A DNA stretch of 64,000 bases. Source: an uncultured cyanobacterium. GTDB lineage: Bacteria; Cyanobacteriota; Cyanobacteriia; Pseudanabaenales; Pseudanabaenaceae. This document shows, piece by piece, positions 8,084 through 17,723 of the stretch (position 1 is the stretch's first letter; each line of letters starts with the position of its first letter). A program made the translations under genes and the position numbers. Location: positions 1,984,001-2,048,000 of the forward strand of contig OY969811.1 in NCBI GenBank assembly GCA_963703315.1, read 5' to 3'. The notes under the pieces were generated by a model, which was given only the letters and a program-made list of their open reading frames with translations, made no database searches and was not told the origin of the DNA.

Positions 8084-10357
8084 ATGTCTAACATAAATGA
8101 CCTCAATCTAATTGAACCCGTTGCGATTGAAGTCGGGGGTAGGACTTTTATTCCTGTTGATCAAAATCAAATTTCACCTTGGGTTTGCCTCATTAGTGAA
8201 CATCCCATCTCAACACTGACCCTCAAAGATGATGATTTATTCTTGATTACCGATACTTTGGGCAATATTTCTGACCTTAGCTGCCGCATTGGTGGTATTG
8301 AGGACAGTATGGGCTTATTTTGTCGGGATACGCGATTTCTAAGTCGTCTAGAGTTACAAATTGATCGGCGATCGCCAATTTCGTTTAGTAGCACTGCCCA
8401 TAAAGGTTTTGCGATGACAGTTTTATGTTCTAATCCAGAGATTAATGATCAAGATGGTAAACAAATCAAATCGGAAACCATTGGCATCCATCGCGAAATT
8501 TTGATCAAGGGTGGATTGTTTGAAGAGATGCAAGTCACTAATTACAATACGCATCCTATTAGTTTTACGCTGAGTCTGAGTTTTGATGCGGATTTTTTAG
8601 ATGTATTTGAAGTACGAGGATCTAAGCGCGAAAAAAGAGGGATTTTATTAAGTTACCTACCTGAACCAGCCAAAAATTCGGCGGAACTTTTATTTAAAGA
8701 AATAGTGCTTGCCTATGAGGGATTAGATGGAGCTTTAATGGAGTCACGGATTCAATTTAATGCCCGTCAACCCGATGAAATTCTTGGCTATACCGCAGTT
8801 TGGCAACTGAATTTAGCAGCCCATGAAGCGATCGCTTTAGGATATCGGATTCATTTGTTTACAGATAACCATCCTACTTCTGTCGTTAGTGTTCCCGATA
8901 CATTTTCTCAGGCAAAAGCAGAAGAGTTATTGGAAGAGAAGCTATGGATGGATCAAATCACGAGGATTCAGACGGATAATAAATCTCTAAATGAGGTGAT
9001 TGATCGCGCTGTACAGGATATTTATTTGCTACGGCAGACATCAGAAAAGAATAACTTCCTTTCGGCAGGAGTACCTTGGTTTTCGACTTTGTTTGGTCGA
9101 GATTCAATTATTTCGGCTTCTCAAACTCTCGTTTTAGATCCGATGATTGCCCGTGATACGCTGCTGATTTTGGCACATTTTCAAGGAAAGGTAGATAACG
9201 AATGGCGCGATGAGCAGAAAGGCAAAATCCTCCATGAAATTAGGCTTGGTGAAATGGCACGATGTCATGAAGTTCCTCATGATCCTTACTATGGAACCGT
9301 TGATGCAACACCACTTTGGTTAATGCTCTACGCCGAATATTTTGCATGGACGGCTGACCAAACAACGCTAGATCAGCTATGGGCAAATGCCATCTCAGCG
9401 ATGTCTTGGATCGATCGCAACTCCAAGGAAACTGGCTATCTAAGCTATCAAAGAACTTCAGCGAAAGGTTTGGTTAATCAGGGATGGAAGGATTCTGATA
9501 ATTGTATTGTGAATCGCAATGGTGAACTAGCGAAAGGTGCTATTTCTTTATGCGAAGTGCAAGGCTATGTCTATGCTGCCAAAATTCGCATGAGTGAGTT
9601 AGCCGAGAGAAAGCAGTTGTTTGACCTTGCCGAACTTTGGCGATCGCAGGCAAAAGATTTAAAAACTCGCTTTAATCAAGATTTTTGGCTTCCTGATCAA
9701 GACTTTTGCGCTCTGGCTCTGGATGGCGATGGTAAACCCGTTGACAGTATTACTTCTAACCCTGGACATTGTTTGCACCTCGGCATTTTTGATCATGAAA
9801 AGGTTCTCAGTGTATCGGCCCGTTTAAATGAGCCTGATATGTTTAATGGCTGGGGAGTACGGACACTCAGCAATCTCTCTCCTGCCTATAATCCGATGGG
9901 CTATCACATTGGTTCCGTTTGGCCTCATGATAATAGTCTGATTGCCTTGGGTATGCGATCGCAAAGTCTGGTTAAGCAATCATTGCGAATTGCTCAAGGC
10001 TTGATTGATATGACAATCTCCCAGCCATATCATCGACCACCTGAACTATTTTGCGGCTATGAGCATGATGGATTTACTTCGCCAGTCCAATATCCTGTCG
10101 CCTGTTCTCCGCAAGCTTGGGCAACGGGAACGATCTTCCAATTAATTTCGATTATGGTTAATTTTGTGCCTGATGCTAACAATAACCAACTTCACATTAT
10201 CGATCCCTGTTTACTAAATTCTATTAATCGTCTCTCGATTCAGAATTTGCGAATTGGACAGACATTGCTAGATTTGGAGTTTGAACGCTATGGCGACACT
10301 ACCGCCTGTCGAGTCAACAAAAAACGTGGCAATCTCCGCGTGATTATTGAGGCATAA
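8084..10357 (+). CDS. Amylo-alpha-1,6-glucosidase (glycogen debranching enzyme family)
   Basis: AGVPWFSTLFGRDS, GKILHEIR, YYGTVDATPLW, NQGWKDS, YHIGSVWPHDN and ACSPQAWA motifs. Confidence 0.9.
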   Translation: MSNINDLNLIEPVAIEVGGRTFIPVDQNQISPWVCLISEHPISTLTLKDDDLFLITDTLGNISDLSCRIGGIEDSMGLFCRDTRFLSRLELQIDRRSPISFSSTAHKGFAMTVLCSNPEINDQDGKQIKSETIGIHREILIKGGLFEEMQVTNYNTHPISFTLSLSFDADFLDVFEVRGSKREKRGILLSYLPEPAKNSAELLFKEIVLAYEGLDGALMESRIQFNARQPDEILGYTAVWQLNLAAHEAIALGYRIHLFTDNHPTSVVSVPDTFSQAKAEELLEEKLWMDQITRIQTDNKSLNEVIDRAVQDIYLLRQTSEKNNFLSAGVPWFSTLFGRDSIISASQTLVLDPMIARDTLLILAHFQGKVDNEWRDEQKGKILHEIRLGEMARCHEVPHDPYYGTVDATPLWLMLYAEYFAWTADQTTLDQLWANAISAMSWIDRNSKETGYLSYQRTSAKGLVNQGWKDSDNCIVNRNGELAKGAISLCEVQGYVYAAKIRMSELAERKQLFDLAELWRSQAKDLKTRFNQDFWLPDQDFCALALDGDGKPVDSITSNPGHCLHLGIFDHEKVLSVSARLNEPDMFNGWGVRTLSNLSPAYNPMGYHIGSVWPHDNSLIALGMRSQSLVKQSLRIAQGLIDMTISQPYHRPPELFCGYEHDGFTSPVQYPVACSPQAWATGTIFQLISIMVNFVPDANNNQLHIIDPCLLNSINRLSIQNLRIGQTLLDLEFERYGDTTACRVNKKRGNLRVIIEA

Positions 10358-10369
10358 AATAAGTGCCGC

Positions 10370-10402
10370 AAATAAGTGCCGCGCACTGCGCGGCACTTAT
10401 TT
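10370..10402. terminator. Palindrome between convergent genes (probable bidirectional terminator; REP-like family)
   Basis: AAATAAGTGCCGCG-CACTG-CGCGGCACTTATTT; left arm duplicated in tandem at 10357..10369; right arm overlaps the TMEM175 stop codon. Confidence 0.6.
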
Positions 10403-11104
10403 TCTGATAATTACCTCTGGCTGATTAAATTCGTGGGATTGATGAAAGATCGCGTTCATTCTTAATGCACCTGCGAGAGTCGCTGAACCATAGATGACAA
10501 TACTCACAGGAATGTTATAGAACGAAGCTTCAATCCCGATCCCATAGCTTAGCGCTACCAATAAAAATGTTTTTTGGATAGAGCGGACTAATTTTCGATT
10601 AATTTTTTCATCAATTAAGCGATTCTTCCGAGTTATATATTCCCAGTCCAGATATTGAATTACGCCTGTGACTAATAGATTGACACCATAAAAAGTCGTA
10701 GCAGAACGATGGGAAAGATTTTCTCCTAACAATGATGCTGAAAAAGGAATTAAGGAAATAGACATCAAAAATAGAAGGTTCAGCCAAATATGAGTGCGAT
10801 CGCAGCGAGAAACGTAATGAGACACCATTTGATGCTGAAACCACAGTAGCCCAAGAATTGTAAAACTCAGAAAGTAAGTAAAAAACTTAGGGAGTAGTGT
10901 AATCAGGTGCTGCGTCAGTTCGACATCTGACTGCACATGAAATGTCTTAATATCCAGTACTAATAGGGTTAATGCGATCGCGAAAAATGCATCGACTAGA
11001 GCATCGATACGATGGTTGCTGATATCCGCATTTCCAGATCCTGAAGAAATTATATTTCTTGTGCCTCTAAATAAACTTACCAAACGGAATGAGGGAAAAC
11101 GCAT
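10397..11104 (-). CDS. TMEM175 family (DUF1211) putative K+ channel
   Basis: RIDALVDAFFAIALTLLVLDIK, YFLSFTILGLLW and NLLFLMSISLIPFS motifs. Confidence 0.85.
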   Translation of the reverse strand: MRFPSFRLVSLFRGTRNIISSGSGNADISNHRIDALVDAFFAIALTLLVLDIKTFHVQSDVELTQHLITLLPKFFTYFLSFTILGLLWFQHQMVSHYVSRCDRTHIWLNLLFLMSISLIPFSASLLGENLSHRSATTFYGVNLLVTGVIQYLDWEYITRKNRLIDEKINRKLVRSIQKTFLLVALSYGIGIEASFYNIPVSIVIYGSATLAGALRMNAIFHQSHEFNQPEVIIRK

Positions 11105-11117
11105 TTTCTATCACTGG

Positions 11118-11627
11118 TTATTTGCGACTAAACCATTTAGCAGCGATCGCTCCCAAAGCGGCTCCTACAATAGGATTACTCAGAAATTTTACAAGTGCTG
11201 GTTGAATGGCTAAAACTTCTTGAAAAATATCAGGATGCGTGTGGTAAGCAAAACTAGCCAGCTTCGCCACATCTTCGGGAGTCATGCGGCTAGGATTATG
11301 GCTAGACAATCCTAATTGCCGTTCGAGATCTCGCTCACTCAGACCGCGCTTTTTCAGATGTTTGAAGAATTCTCTAGCTACATCATCTCGCTGGTTAGGT
11401 TGAATACCTGCAACCGCTTTTTGTAATTCTGGTTCCATTTCGGCTGGAGTAATGCGATCGGATTGAAAGAAGTTACTAAATAAATTACGACGCTCTTCGC
11501 GAGTCGATCTTTGAGCAAAATCATCAAAGTTCTGATAATCTTCGGTCTCATCGGGTAGGGTTTCTTTGTTCCCACCTGCCAAATCTTTCATGATTTGACG
11601 CTTATATTCATCGCTAGAATTTGGCAT
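11118..11627 (-). CDS. Conserved cyanobacterial-type hypothetical protein
   Basis: 169-aa ORF, co-oriented within the operon-like run. Confidence 0.7.
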   Translation of the reverse strand: MPNSSDEYKRQIMKDLAGGNKETLPDETEDYQNFDDFAQRSTREERRNLFSNFFQSDRITPAEMEPELQKAVAGIQPNQRDDVAREFFKHLKKRGLSERDLERQLGLSSHNPSRMTPEDVAKLASFAYHTHPDIFQEVLAIQPALVKFLSNPIVGAALGAIAAKWFSRK

Positions 11628-11661
11628 GGTTGTTATGTTAGTTTAGATATTAATGCTAAAT

Positions 11662-11758
11662 TTGATTTGGGATAGGCGGCGCTTTGCGCCGCCTATCCCA
11701 AATCAATAGATTTTTAAAAGTGTTGCTTTGCGACACTTTTAAAAATCTATTGATTTGG
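11662..11758. repeat. Two overlapping palindromes, both with CTTTG (CAAAG) loops
   Basis: TTGATTTGGGATAGGCGGCG-CTTTG-CGCCGCCTATCCCAAATCAA and CCAAATCAATAGATTTTTAAAAGTGTTG-CTTTG-CGACACTTTTAAAAATCTATTGATTTGG. Confidence 0.85.
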
Positions 11759-11783
11759 ATTGGAAAGAATGAGACTGTGAGTT

Positions 11784-12080
11784 TCAAGTAGTTCCTGCTT
11801 TATCCCAAGCATCTCGAACTGCGTCTATAACCTTATTCCAAGCTAATCCAGTCGCACCCTTCTGGGCTAAAATCGCCTCATAATCTAGTTTGAGTTCAGC
11901 TTCTGCTTCATCAAAACTTTTGCCAAGATAGCGATCGTAGCCTTCATGTCCCGTTTGATAAGCAGGTTGATAGTCTACATAGGGAGTCTCTTTTTCGATG
12001 TAAGGACGAGAACCATAATTCTCCTGCCAATAAGCATCATAAGAATCTTTAGGGTTAACAGTTGTGGTTTGATTATTCAT
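11784..12080 (-). CDS. Small stress-associated hypothetical protein (paralog of the 35107..35610 C-terminal domain)
   Basis: YxDYQPAYxTGxEGYDRY...AVRDAWDKA motif shared with 35107..35610; ATG 12080 preferred. Confidence 0.75.
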   Translation of the reverse strand: MNNQTTTVNPKDSYDAYWQENYGSRPYIEKETPYVDYQPAYQTGHEGYDRYLGKSFDEAEAELKLDYEAILAQKGATGLAWNKVIDAVRDAWDKAGTT

Positions 12081-12156
12081 TATCATCTCAAGTAAAGTAT
12101 CAAGCAAAATCAATCAGTGAGCAAAGCACCGCTCACTAACTACTCTTACAAATTGT

Positions 12157-12594
12157 TTAGCTTGCTTGTTGATATTCAATTTGCTGGGACTGACTATCAT
12201 ATCGAGCGGTTAAAATCAGCTTTTTGTCAGGGGCATAGACAAAAACTGTTAAGTCTTGATTGGGAAAATTGTGCCTAAAGCCTTGAGTCAAAGATTGAGC
12301 TAAAGTTTTCACTTCTGTCGGTCGAACTTCAGATGAAATCACGACTCCTAACTTGTTGCGATCGCGCATATAAGCATCCTTAATCAAACCTTTACTAGTT
12401 TTAAGCACCCAATTACTAAAATCTTGCTCTGTGGAAGAGTTACCTTGAGCTAACTGACTGTATTCTGAACCTTGATTGGTTTTTACTAGATTAGAAGATT
12501 GAGTTTGCGAAGATTCACAAGCAGTTGTAAAGGTCAAAATTAGCATCAGAGCCAACATTCCTAAAATCTTCCGAGCTTGGTAAAACATATTCAT
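12157..12594 (-). CDS. Putative lipoprotein
   Basis: Signal peptide with a TTAC lipobox-like site. Confidence 0.75.
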   Translation of the reverse strand: MNMFYQARKILGMLALMLILTFTTACESSQTQSSNLVKTNQGSEYSQLAQGNSSTEQDFSNWVLKTSKGLIKDAYMRDRNKLGVVISSEVRPTEVKTLAQSLTQGFRHNFPNQDLTVFVYAPDKKLILTARYDSQSQQIEYQQAS

Positions 12595-12649
12595 ATAGCT
12601 TCCTGACTAAATAATAGAGATTCACATGACTATACATTTTGTCTTCTAT

Positions 12650-13003
12650 CTATCCAATGTTTTTCTCAGCAAAGTACTTATTCAAGAAAGTACTGACAAA
12701 AGATAGAACGATGGGAGCTAGAATCAAGGCTAGTATGCCATTCATGGTAAATCCAGGAACGATAACTGAAGCCAGCCAAAGTAATATTCCATTTACAACA
12801 AATGAAAACAAACCTAAAGTAATGAAAGTAAGTGGTAGGGATAAAAATTTAACAATCGGTGCAATGAAAGCATTTACAAATCCAATCACGACCGCAGCTA
12901 TTAACGCCGCAGGGAAGTTCGCAATGTCCACGCCTGGGACGACCATATCAACCACAAGAAGTCCTAAAGCGGTTGCCAGTATTGTGACAAGGTATCCAAT
13001 CAT
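12650..13003 (-). CDS. 4-TM phage-holin-like family (YvlD/DUF360) membrane protein
   Basis: AALIAAVVIGFVNAFIAPIVKFLSLPLTFITLGLFSFVVNG signature. Confidence 0.85.
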   Translation of the reverse strand: MIGYLVTILATALGLLVVDMVVPGVDIANFPAALIAAVVIGFVNAFIAPIVKFLSLPLTFITLGLFSFVVNGILLWLASVIVPGFTMNGILALILAPIVLSFVSTFLNKYFAEKNIG

Positions 13004-13060
13004 ATTTTTCCTAAGTGTAATATTTGTAGCTAGAGTGTGGATAATACTTTGTGAAATAAT

Positions 13061-13228
13061 CTATTGATCTTGTTGTTTAGAAATCGCCCAGAGAGCGTGA
13101 ATAACACCAGGAATCCAACCTAATAGAGTTAGTCCAATATTGATCAAGAACGTAGCACTAAAACCGTAAGTCATAAAGACACCAAGTGGTGGGAGTATAA
13201 TCCCTAGAATAATTTGAATTGGTTTCAT
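13061..13228 (-). CDS. YqaE/Pmp3 family proteolipid
   Basis: ILGIILPPLGVF...LTLLGWIPGVIHALW; ATG at 13228. Confidence 0.9.
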   Translation of the reverse strand: MKPIQIILGIILPPLGVFMTYGFSATFLINIGLTLLGWIPGVIHALWAISKQQDQ

Positions 13229-13323
13229 AGTTGAGAACTCTATAAATGAACTGACAATTTGATGCGGGATTGTTTCTCTGCCAAAGGCAGAGAAACAATC
13301 CCGTGTTTGAAATGAGCTATAAA

Positions 13324-14094
13324 TCAAGACTTATTAACAACACCTTTGTTTTTCCAAAGTTCTTGCAAATTTTGCTTGATTTCCTGCTCTTTACGGGCAA
13401 CTACTGAGCCAAGTTCACCTAGATTGTGTTCAATTTCTACTTGCTTCTGCTGTAAAGGCAATATAGTTCCATTAGCTTCGGCTTCAGTTTTTTTCTGGTC
13501 GTACCAAGTTTTAGCTTTTTCCCATTGCTGCTTGACCTCGTTGTAGCGATCGCCATAACGAAGTGCCAACTTCTTGTCTAAGATGGCAAGCTGAGTCTTG
13601 AGCTTGAGATATTGCTCTTGCAAAATGCCAGATTCTTGACTCTCCTGCACATTACTGACTGCTAAATTCATTACTTTTAAATTGGGATCTATAGAATCAG
13701 TTGATTCCACTACTTGAAGGTCAATTAAGATCTCACTGATTTCCCGATCTAATTGTTCTTGCTGCTCATCTAACTGGGCTTGGATTTCTAGGAGTTTGGT
13801 GCGGCGTTGGGCGATCGCCTGTTGTCGCTGATTAGTACTTCCTGCGATCGCTCCTTCAATAGAAGCCGTAATTCTTTCGGTATTTTCTTTCCCACTTCCT
13901 TTCAAGTCCGCCATTACAATAGAAATTGCATCTTTGACAATTAGACGAATTTCACCTGTGCCTTCTTTTAATTCGGCAACTGTCTGCTCAACAGCATCTT
14001 TGACAATCTCGCGAATATGCTCAGCCCGAATCTTTCCTTCTGCTTTCGCTCTATCGAGATTAGTTGTGATTTTTTCTTTAACTGGATTAGGCAT
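13324..14094 (-). CDS. Coiled-coil hypothetical protein
   Basis: ORF 13324..14133, ATG 14094 preferred; helical and E/Q/K-rich. Confidence 0.75.
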   Translation of the reverse strand: MPNPVKEKITTNLDRAKAEGKIRAEHIREIVKDAVEQTVAELKEGTGEIRLIVKDAISIVMADLKGSGKENTERITASIEGAIAGSTNQRQQAIAQRRTKLLEIQAQLDEQQEQLDREISEILIDLQVVESTDSIDPNLKVMNLAVSNVQESQESGILQEQYLKLKTQLAILDKKLALRYGDRYNEVKQQWEKAKTWYDQKKTEAEANGTILPLQQKQVEIEHNLGELGSVVARKEQEIKQNLQELWKNKGVVNKS

Positions 14095-14141
14095 AGTTAA
14101 TGTTTCCAAATCTTCAGTATAGAATTTATGCATTTAATCGC

Positions 14142-14184
14142 ATTCTGACAGATAGATGTTTGAAATCATGTATATCGAGATATT
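14142..14184 (-). promoter_or_regulatory. Island promoter motif copy heading the 14094->10397 gene run
   Basis: Minus strand ...CATGATTTCAAACATCTATCTGTCAGAAT; a TCAATCAAT box lies further upstream (~14198-14206). Confidence 0.55.
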
Positions 14185-14413
14185 GAAGAATGTCTTTATT
14201 GATTGACTTGTATGGGAATGTCGTAAATCTTTATCATGTCGTCAGTCTTTCTAAAACACGGGGTTGCGGCGCGAAGCGTTGCAAACCGCTTCTTCGGTTT
14301 TATACAAATGCCAACATCTATAGAATTAGAAACATCAATGTTTAGCAAAGGATTACAATAAAAGCAATTGCTGCTAAGTACCTCAGCGATGGGGTTTTAT
14401 TTTGACAATCGAA

Positions 14414-15730
14414 ATGTATGCTGAAGAAGAAATAGATCGAGAACTTAGAGTGTCCGTTCGGACTAGTCTCACAGCATCGACTATCGATGGTGGTTTATCG
14501 ACGGTTTTTAGTAATATTACTGGAGGAGTCTTACTCAGTAGTTTCTTGTTGAATTTGGGAGCGAGTCCCTTTGAGATTGGCATGGTGGCTTCGCTGCCAA
14601 TGCTTGCGAATCTTTTACAACCCCTTGGAGCATTATTATCCAATCGTACCAACAGTCGTCATGACTATGGCATCTGGACATTTCTGCCCGCTCGACTGCT
14701 CTGGCTAGTTCTGCTCATTGGCATTATTTTTAGAGGAACGCATACCGACTTCTCACCACAACTAGTGTATTTGACATTGATTTTAGTTATAGCTTCCAAT
14801 ATCTTAGCGGCGCTAGGTAGTGCTTCTTGGATGAGTTGGCTAGCTGCATTGGTTCCACCAAAACTACGCGGTCGTTACTACAGCGTTCGCAATATTGTTA
14901 GTAATCTCGCAGGTTTACTCTGTTTACCGATCGCAAGTTTTATTATTTCCCATTGGCAAGAAGGGGCGATCGCGGGTTATGGGATTGTTTTGAGTATCAG
15001 CATTCTAGCGGGTGTCGCGAGTTTGAGTTGTCAACACTTTATGGTGGATATCAATCCTCAAAAATATCAAACCGTCTGTCAATTAGAAAATCAAGCTGAA
15101 AATCAGCCAGACCAACATCACTCAAATCTATTTAATAGTCTAATCGTTCCATTTAAAGATCACAATCTTCTTGTCTTTCTTAGTTATTTTGGACTTTGGG
15201 GATTTGCCGTTAATCTCAGCACACCCTTTTTTAATCTCTATATGTTAGATAATCTCAGTGTCGATATCACTTGGGTAACGCTATTTAACAGTCTCTCTAA
15301 TGGTGCAAATATGTTGATGCTAATAGTCTGGGGAAGATTAAGCGATCGCGTAGGTAACCGACCTTTATTAATATTTGCAGGCTTAGCGATCGCGGTTACA
15401 CCTTTATTTTGGTTGCTCACAGGTATAGCCCAAGTTCAATCCCAATTATGGATCTATCTAATCCTCTTCCATCTCTTTTTGGGCGGAACTTGGGCAGCAA
15501 TTGATTTAGGAAGCAACAATATTCAGATTGCGATCGCGCCAATCCAACATCATGCGACTTTCTTTGCGATCGCCTCTGCCGTTGCGGGTATAGGCAGTGC
15601 TTTAGGCACAACCACAGGTGGAATTTTAGCGCAGTACGCTCATTATCAAGGAATTTTTGGAGTATTTTTTCTATCTGCGATTTTGCGGTTAGTGGCACTA
15701 ATCCCTTTGTGGTTCATCCATGAAAATTGA
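14414..15730 (+). CDS. MFS transporter
   Basis: 12-TM pattern with WGRLSDRVGNRP motif A; ORF 14402..15730. Confidence 0.85.
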   Translation: MYAEEEIDRELRVSVRTSLTASTIDGGLSTVFSNITGGVLLSSFLLNLGASPFEIGMVASLPMLANLLQPLGALLSNRTNSRHDYGIWTFLPARLLWLVLLIGIIFRGTHTDFSPQLVYLTLILVIASNILAALGSASWMSWLAALVPPKLRGRYYSVRNIVSNLAGLLCLPIASFIISHWQEGAIAGYGIVLSISILAGVASLSCQHFMVDINPQKYQTVCQLENQAENQPDQHHSNLFNSLIVPFKDHNLLVFLSYFGLWGFAVNLSTPFFNLYMLDNLSVDITWVTLFNSLSNGANMLMLIVWGRLSDRVGNRPLLIFAGLAIAVTPLFWLLTGIAQVQSQLWIYLILFHLFLGGTWAAIDLGSNNIQIAIAPIQHHATFFAIASAVAGIGSALGTTTGGILAQYAHYQGIFGVFFLSAILRLVALIPLWFIHEN

Positions 15731-15783
15731 AAAGTGGCAACGCTTTGCGTCGCCACTCTAAATTATCTAAATCGAATTTGATA

Positions 15784-16086
15784 TTAGGCAGGTTGAATAT
15801 CCCACCCAGTTAATTCATCCACTGAAAAAATCTGACCAACTATAATCGCTTGGGTTCCTCTTTCACGAATATGATCAATTTGCTTATTGCCGTGATCATT
15901 GACTTCAGTAATTCTAAAAACTATTTTCTGCCCATTTTCGATCACAATTCCTTCAAAAGAAATGTCTGTTGATAGATTGCCAATTGGCTCTGGATGATCG
16001 GGAGACTGAGGAAATTCAGACCCTTTGGAAATCTTTCCAGTTACTTTACCATCTAACTCAAATGCTCTTTGGGTACTTGTTTTCAT
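15784..16086 (-). CDS. Hypothetical protein
   Basis: 100-aa ORF with an ATG start, co-oriented with its neighbours. Confidence 0.55.
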   Translation of the reverse strand: MKTSTQRAFELDGKVTGKISKGSEFPQSPDHPEPIGNLSTDISFEGIVIENGQKIVFRITEVNDHGNKQIDHIRERGTQAIIVGQIFSVDELTGWDIQPA

Positions 16087-16134
16087 ATCTTTTAATAATG
16101 CTGAATGTAAATCGTTGATTTTGAGGGATAGATA

Positions 16135-16236
16135 AATATCTCGGCATAATTAAAAACCAGAGTTAAAGCCTGTAGTACACGCGTAGTATGTGCCACAGGC
16201 TTTAGGGTTTTATATTTAATTAAGCCTAATTACTTA
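16135..16236. mobile_element. Degenerate AAGTAGCT-family MITE
   Basis: GGCATAATTAAAAACCAGAG...CCTGTAGTACACG-CGTAG-TATGTGCCACAGG...GGTTTTATATTTAATT...TACTTA resembles 51041..51142 in reverse orientation. Confidence 0.55.
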
Positions 16237-16241
16237 TTTGG

Positions 16242-16394
16242 TTAGATGCGTTGTCCTACAAATAGGTTATAAACAATCCCAATAACTGCTAAAACCAAAA
16301 GTATATGGATTAAACCACCACCAATATTAATTGAAAATCCTAATAACCAGAGAATTAGGAGTACACCAATACCAGTCCAGATTAGATTTAACAT
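16242..16394 (-). CDS. lmo0937-family (DUF5670) small membrane protein, 50 aa
   Basis: Manual ORF MLNLIWTGIGVLLILWLLGFSINIGGGLIHILLVLAVIGIVYNLFVGQRI* (below the ORF-track cutoff). Confidence 0.85.
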   Translation of the reverse strand: MLNLIWTGIGVLLILWLLGFSINIGGGLIHILLVLAVIGIVYNLFVGQRI

Positions 16395-16438
16395 AGTTTT
16401 CTTTTCTATTTAGATGAAATTGATTAACATTCTGTGAT

Positions 16439-16720
16439 CTACAAATCATTAATTTTTTTAGCTAACTCAATATCAAGATTACTGATGCCATCTACATCAT
16501 GAGTAGCTAGATCAATCACGACACGATTATAGACATTAAAAAATTCGGGATGGTGATCCATTTTCTCAGCGACAAAAGCAACCTTAGTCATAAAGGTAAA
16601 AGCATCAACAAAGCTATTAAACTTAAAAGCTCGATTTAACTTCTCATTGGCTAATTTCCATTCAGGTAATTTAGCGATCTCTAAGGTAACTTCTTTGTCT
16701 GTCAATTTTGTCTTAGGCAT
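16439..16720 (-). CDS. phhB: Pterin-4-alpha-carbinolamine dehydratase
   Basis: [32 protein letters not shown] signature. Confidence 0.9.
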   Translation of the reverse strand: MPKTKLTDKEVTLEIAKLPEWKLANEKLNRAFKFNSFVDAFTFMTKVAFVAEKMDHHPEFFNVYNRVVIDLATHDVDGISNLDIELAKKINDL

Positions 16721-16844
16721 AAAAAAGTATTGTGTAGTAGTTTCTCAATTGAGTTAAATAAGAATATGCCCCTGTCAAATACAGGGACATATTCTTATAC
16801 TAAAAAGTAGCGATCACCCTGCGGCAGGCTAGGGTGAAAAACTA

Positions 16845-17027
16845 CTAATCAATAACTTTTTTGACTTCATCTTTGACATCTTCAGCAGCGTGGCGTACTT
16901 TAGCTTCAGCTTGTTTTGCCTTGCCTTCTACCTGATTTTTAGTGTCACCAGTCACATCTCCGACAGCTTCTTGCACTTTGCCTTCAACATTTTTAGCAGT
17001 TGCCTTAGCTCTATTTTCTAAACTCAT
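16845..17027 (-). CDS. csbD: CsbD family general stress protein
   Basis: EGKVQEAVGDVTGD...EGKAKQAEAK; AAGGAG RBS. Confidence 0.9.
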   Translation of the reverse strand: MSLENRAKATAKNVEGKVQEAVGDVTGDTKNQVEGKAKQAEAKVRHAAEDVKDEVKKVID

Positions 17028-17095
17028 AATAAGCTCCTTCCATAATTTGAGAATTATTTACTAGAGTCGAATTAACAACTCTGGTCTCTGAAACT

Positions 17096-17148
17096 ACGAT
17101 GACAGGCAAACATTTGATTTCTTGAATGAATTGTTTAAATTGATTGAA
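17096..17148 (-). promoter_or_regulatory. Island promoter motif copy upstream of csbD
   Basis: Minus strand TTCAATCAATTTAAACAATTCATTCAAGAAATCAAATGTTTGCCTGTCATCGT. Confidence 0.7.
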
Positions 17149-17270
17149 TACAATACAAATCGTAATTAAACAAATATGCCAAATCCTCCACAAAACCCGT
17201 TAACCTGTGGCGCACGCCACAGGTTAACGGGTTTTAGCTACTTACCGATAGCACCGCAAGTTGAATCCTC

Positions 17271-17531
17271 CTAATTATTAGTCCAGTGCCAAGCATCAAC
17301 AGACTTACGGGCGCTATCTGCAAAATCGTTAGCATCGTGACGGACTGGCACTCTAGGATCGCGATCGCTACCATTAGACCAGTACCAAGCATCGATAGAA
17401 TTATGAACGCTATTTGTAAAATCGTCAGTATCATGACGAATTGGCATTCTAGGATCACCAGTTGGATTCCTGACTGATTCTTGAATTTGACCTTTGATAT
17501 CTTTTTCCTTGTCGCTATTTTCTAAACTCAT
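17271..17531 (-). CDS. Diverged CsbD paralog with an internal tandem repeat
   Basis: MSLEN..K..GQIQESV..PTGD N-terminus resembles csbD; two copies of DPRxPxRHDxxDFxxSxxxSxDAWxWxN. Confidence 0.65.
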   Translation of the reverse strand: MSLENSDKEKDIKGQIQESVRNPTGDPRMPIRHDTDDFTNSVHNSIDAWYWSNGSDRDPRVPVRHDANDFADSARKSVDAWHWTNN

Positions 17532-17666
17532 GATGGAATATTTACTAGGATAGAATTTACAACTTTGGACTTATAGGTCACCATTCCATTAAGACAAATA
17601 AAAACTCAATAAGTTCCCCTACTCGTCTTTTAGTTTTGTGTTCTAAAAAGAATTGGCGACAGTTAT

Positions 17667-17723
17667 ACTGTGACAAGCGAATATTTCATTTCCTGATTGA
17701 ATTGATTGAATTGATTGAATGAA
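17667..17723 (-). promoter_or_regulatory. Island promoter motif copy with an expanded 9-bp TCAATCAAT array
   Basis: Minus strand TCATTCAATCAATTCAATCAATTCAATCAGGAAATGAAATATTCGCTTGTCACAGT. Confidence 0.7.

Noticed and set aside
12650..13003. Holin-family gene as evidence of a prophage
   Set aside because: No other phage genes; this 4-TM family is common in bacterial stress loci.
16090..16135. Possible extra promoter-motif copy upstream of 15784..16086
   Set aside because: It has TCAA and a NANNNT hexamer at the right spacing but lacks the TG and the upstream repeats; too weak to count.
17271..17531. Repeat peptide with WxWxN as a RiPP (cyanobactin/triceptide) precursor
   Set aside because: No radical SAM, YcaO, dedicated protease or exporter gene nearby, and the sequence is explained as a CsbD derivative.
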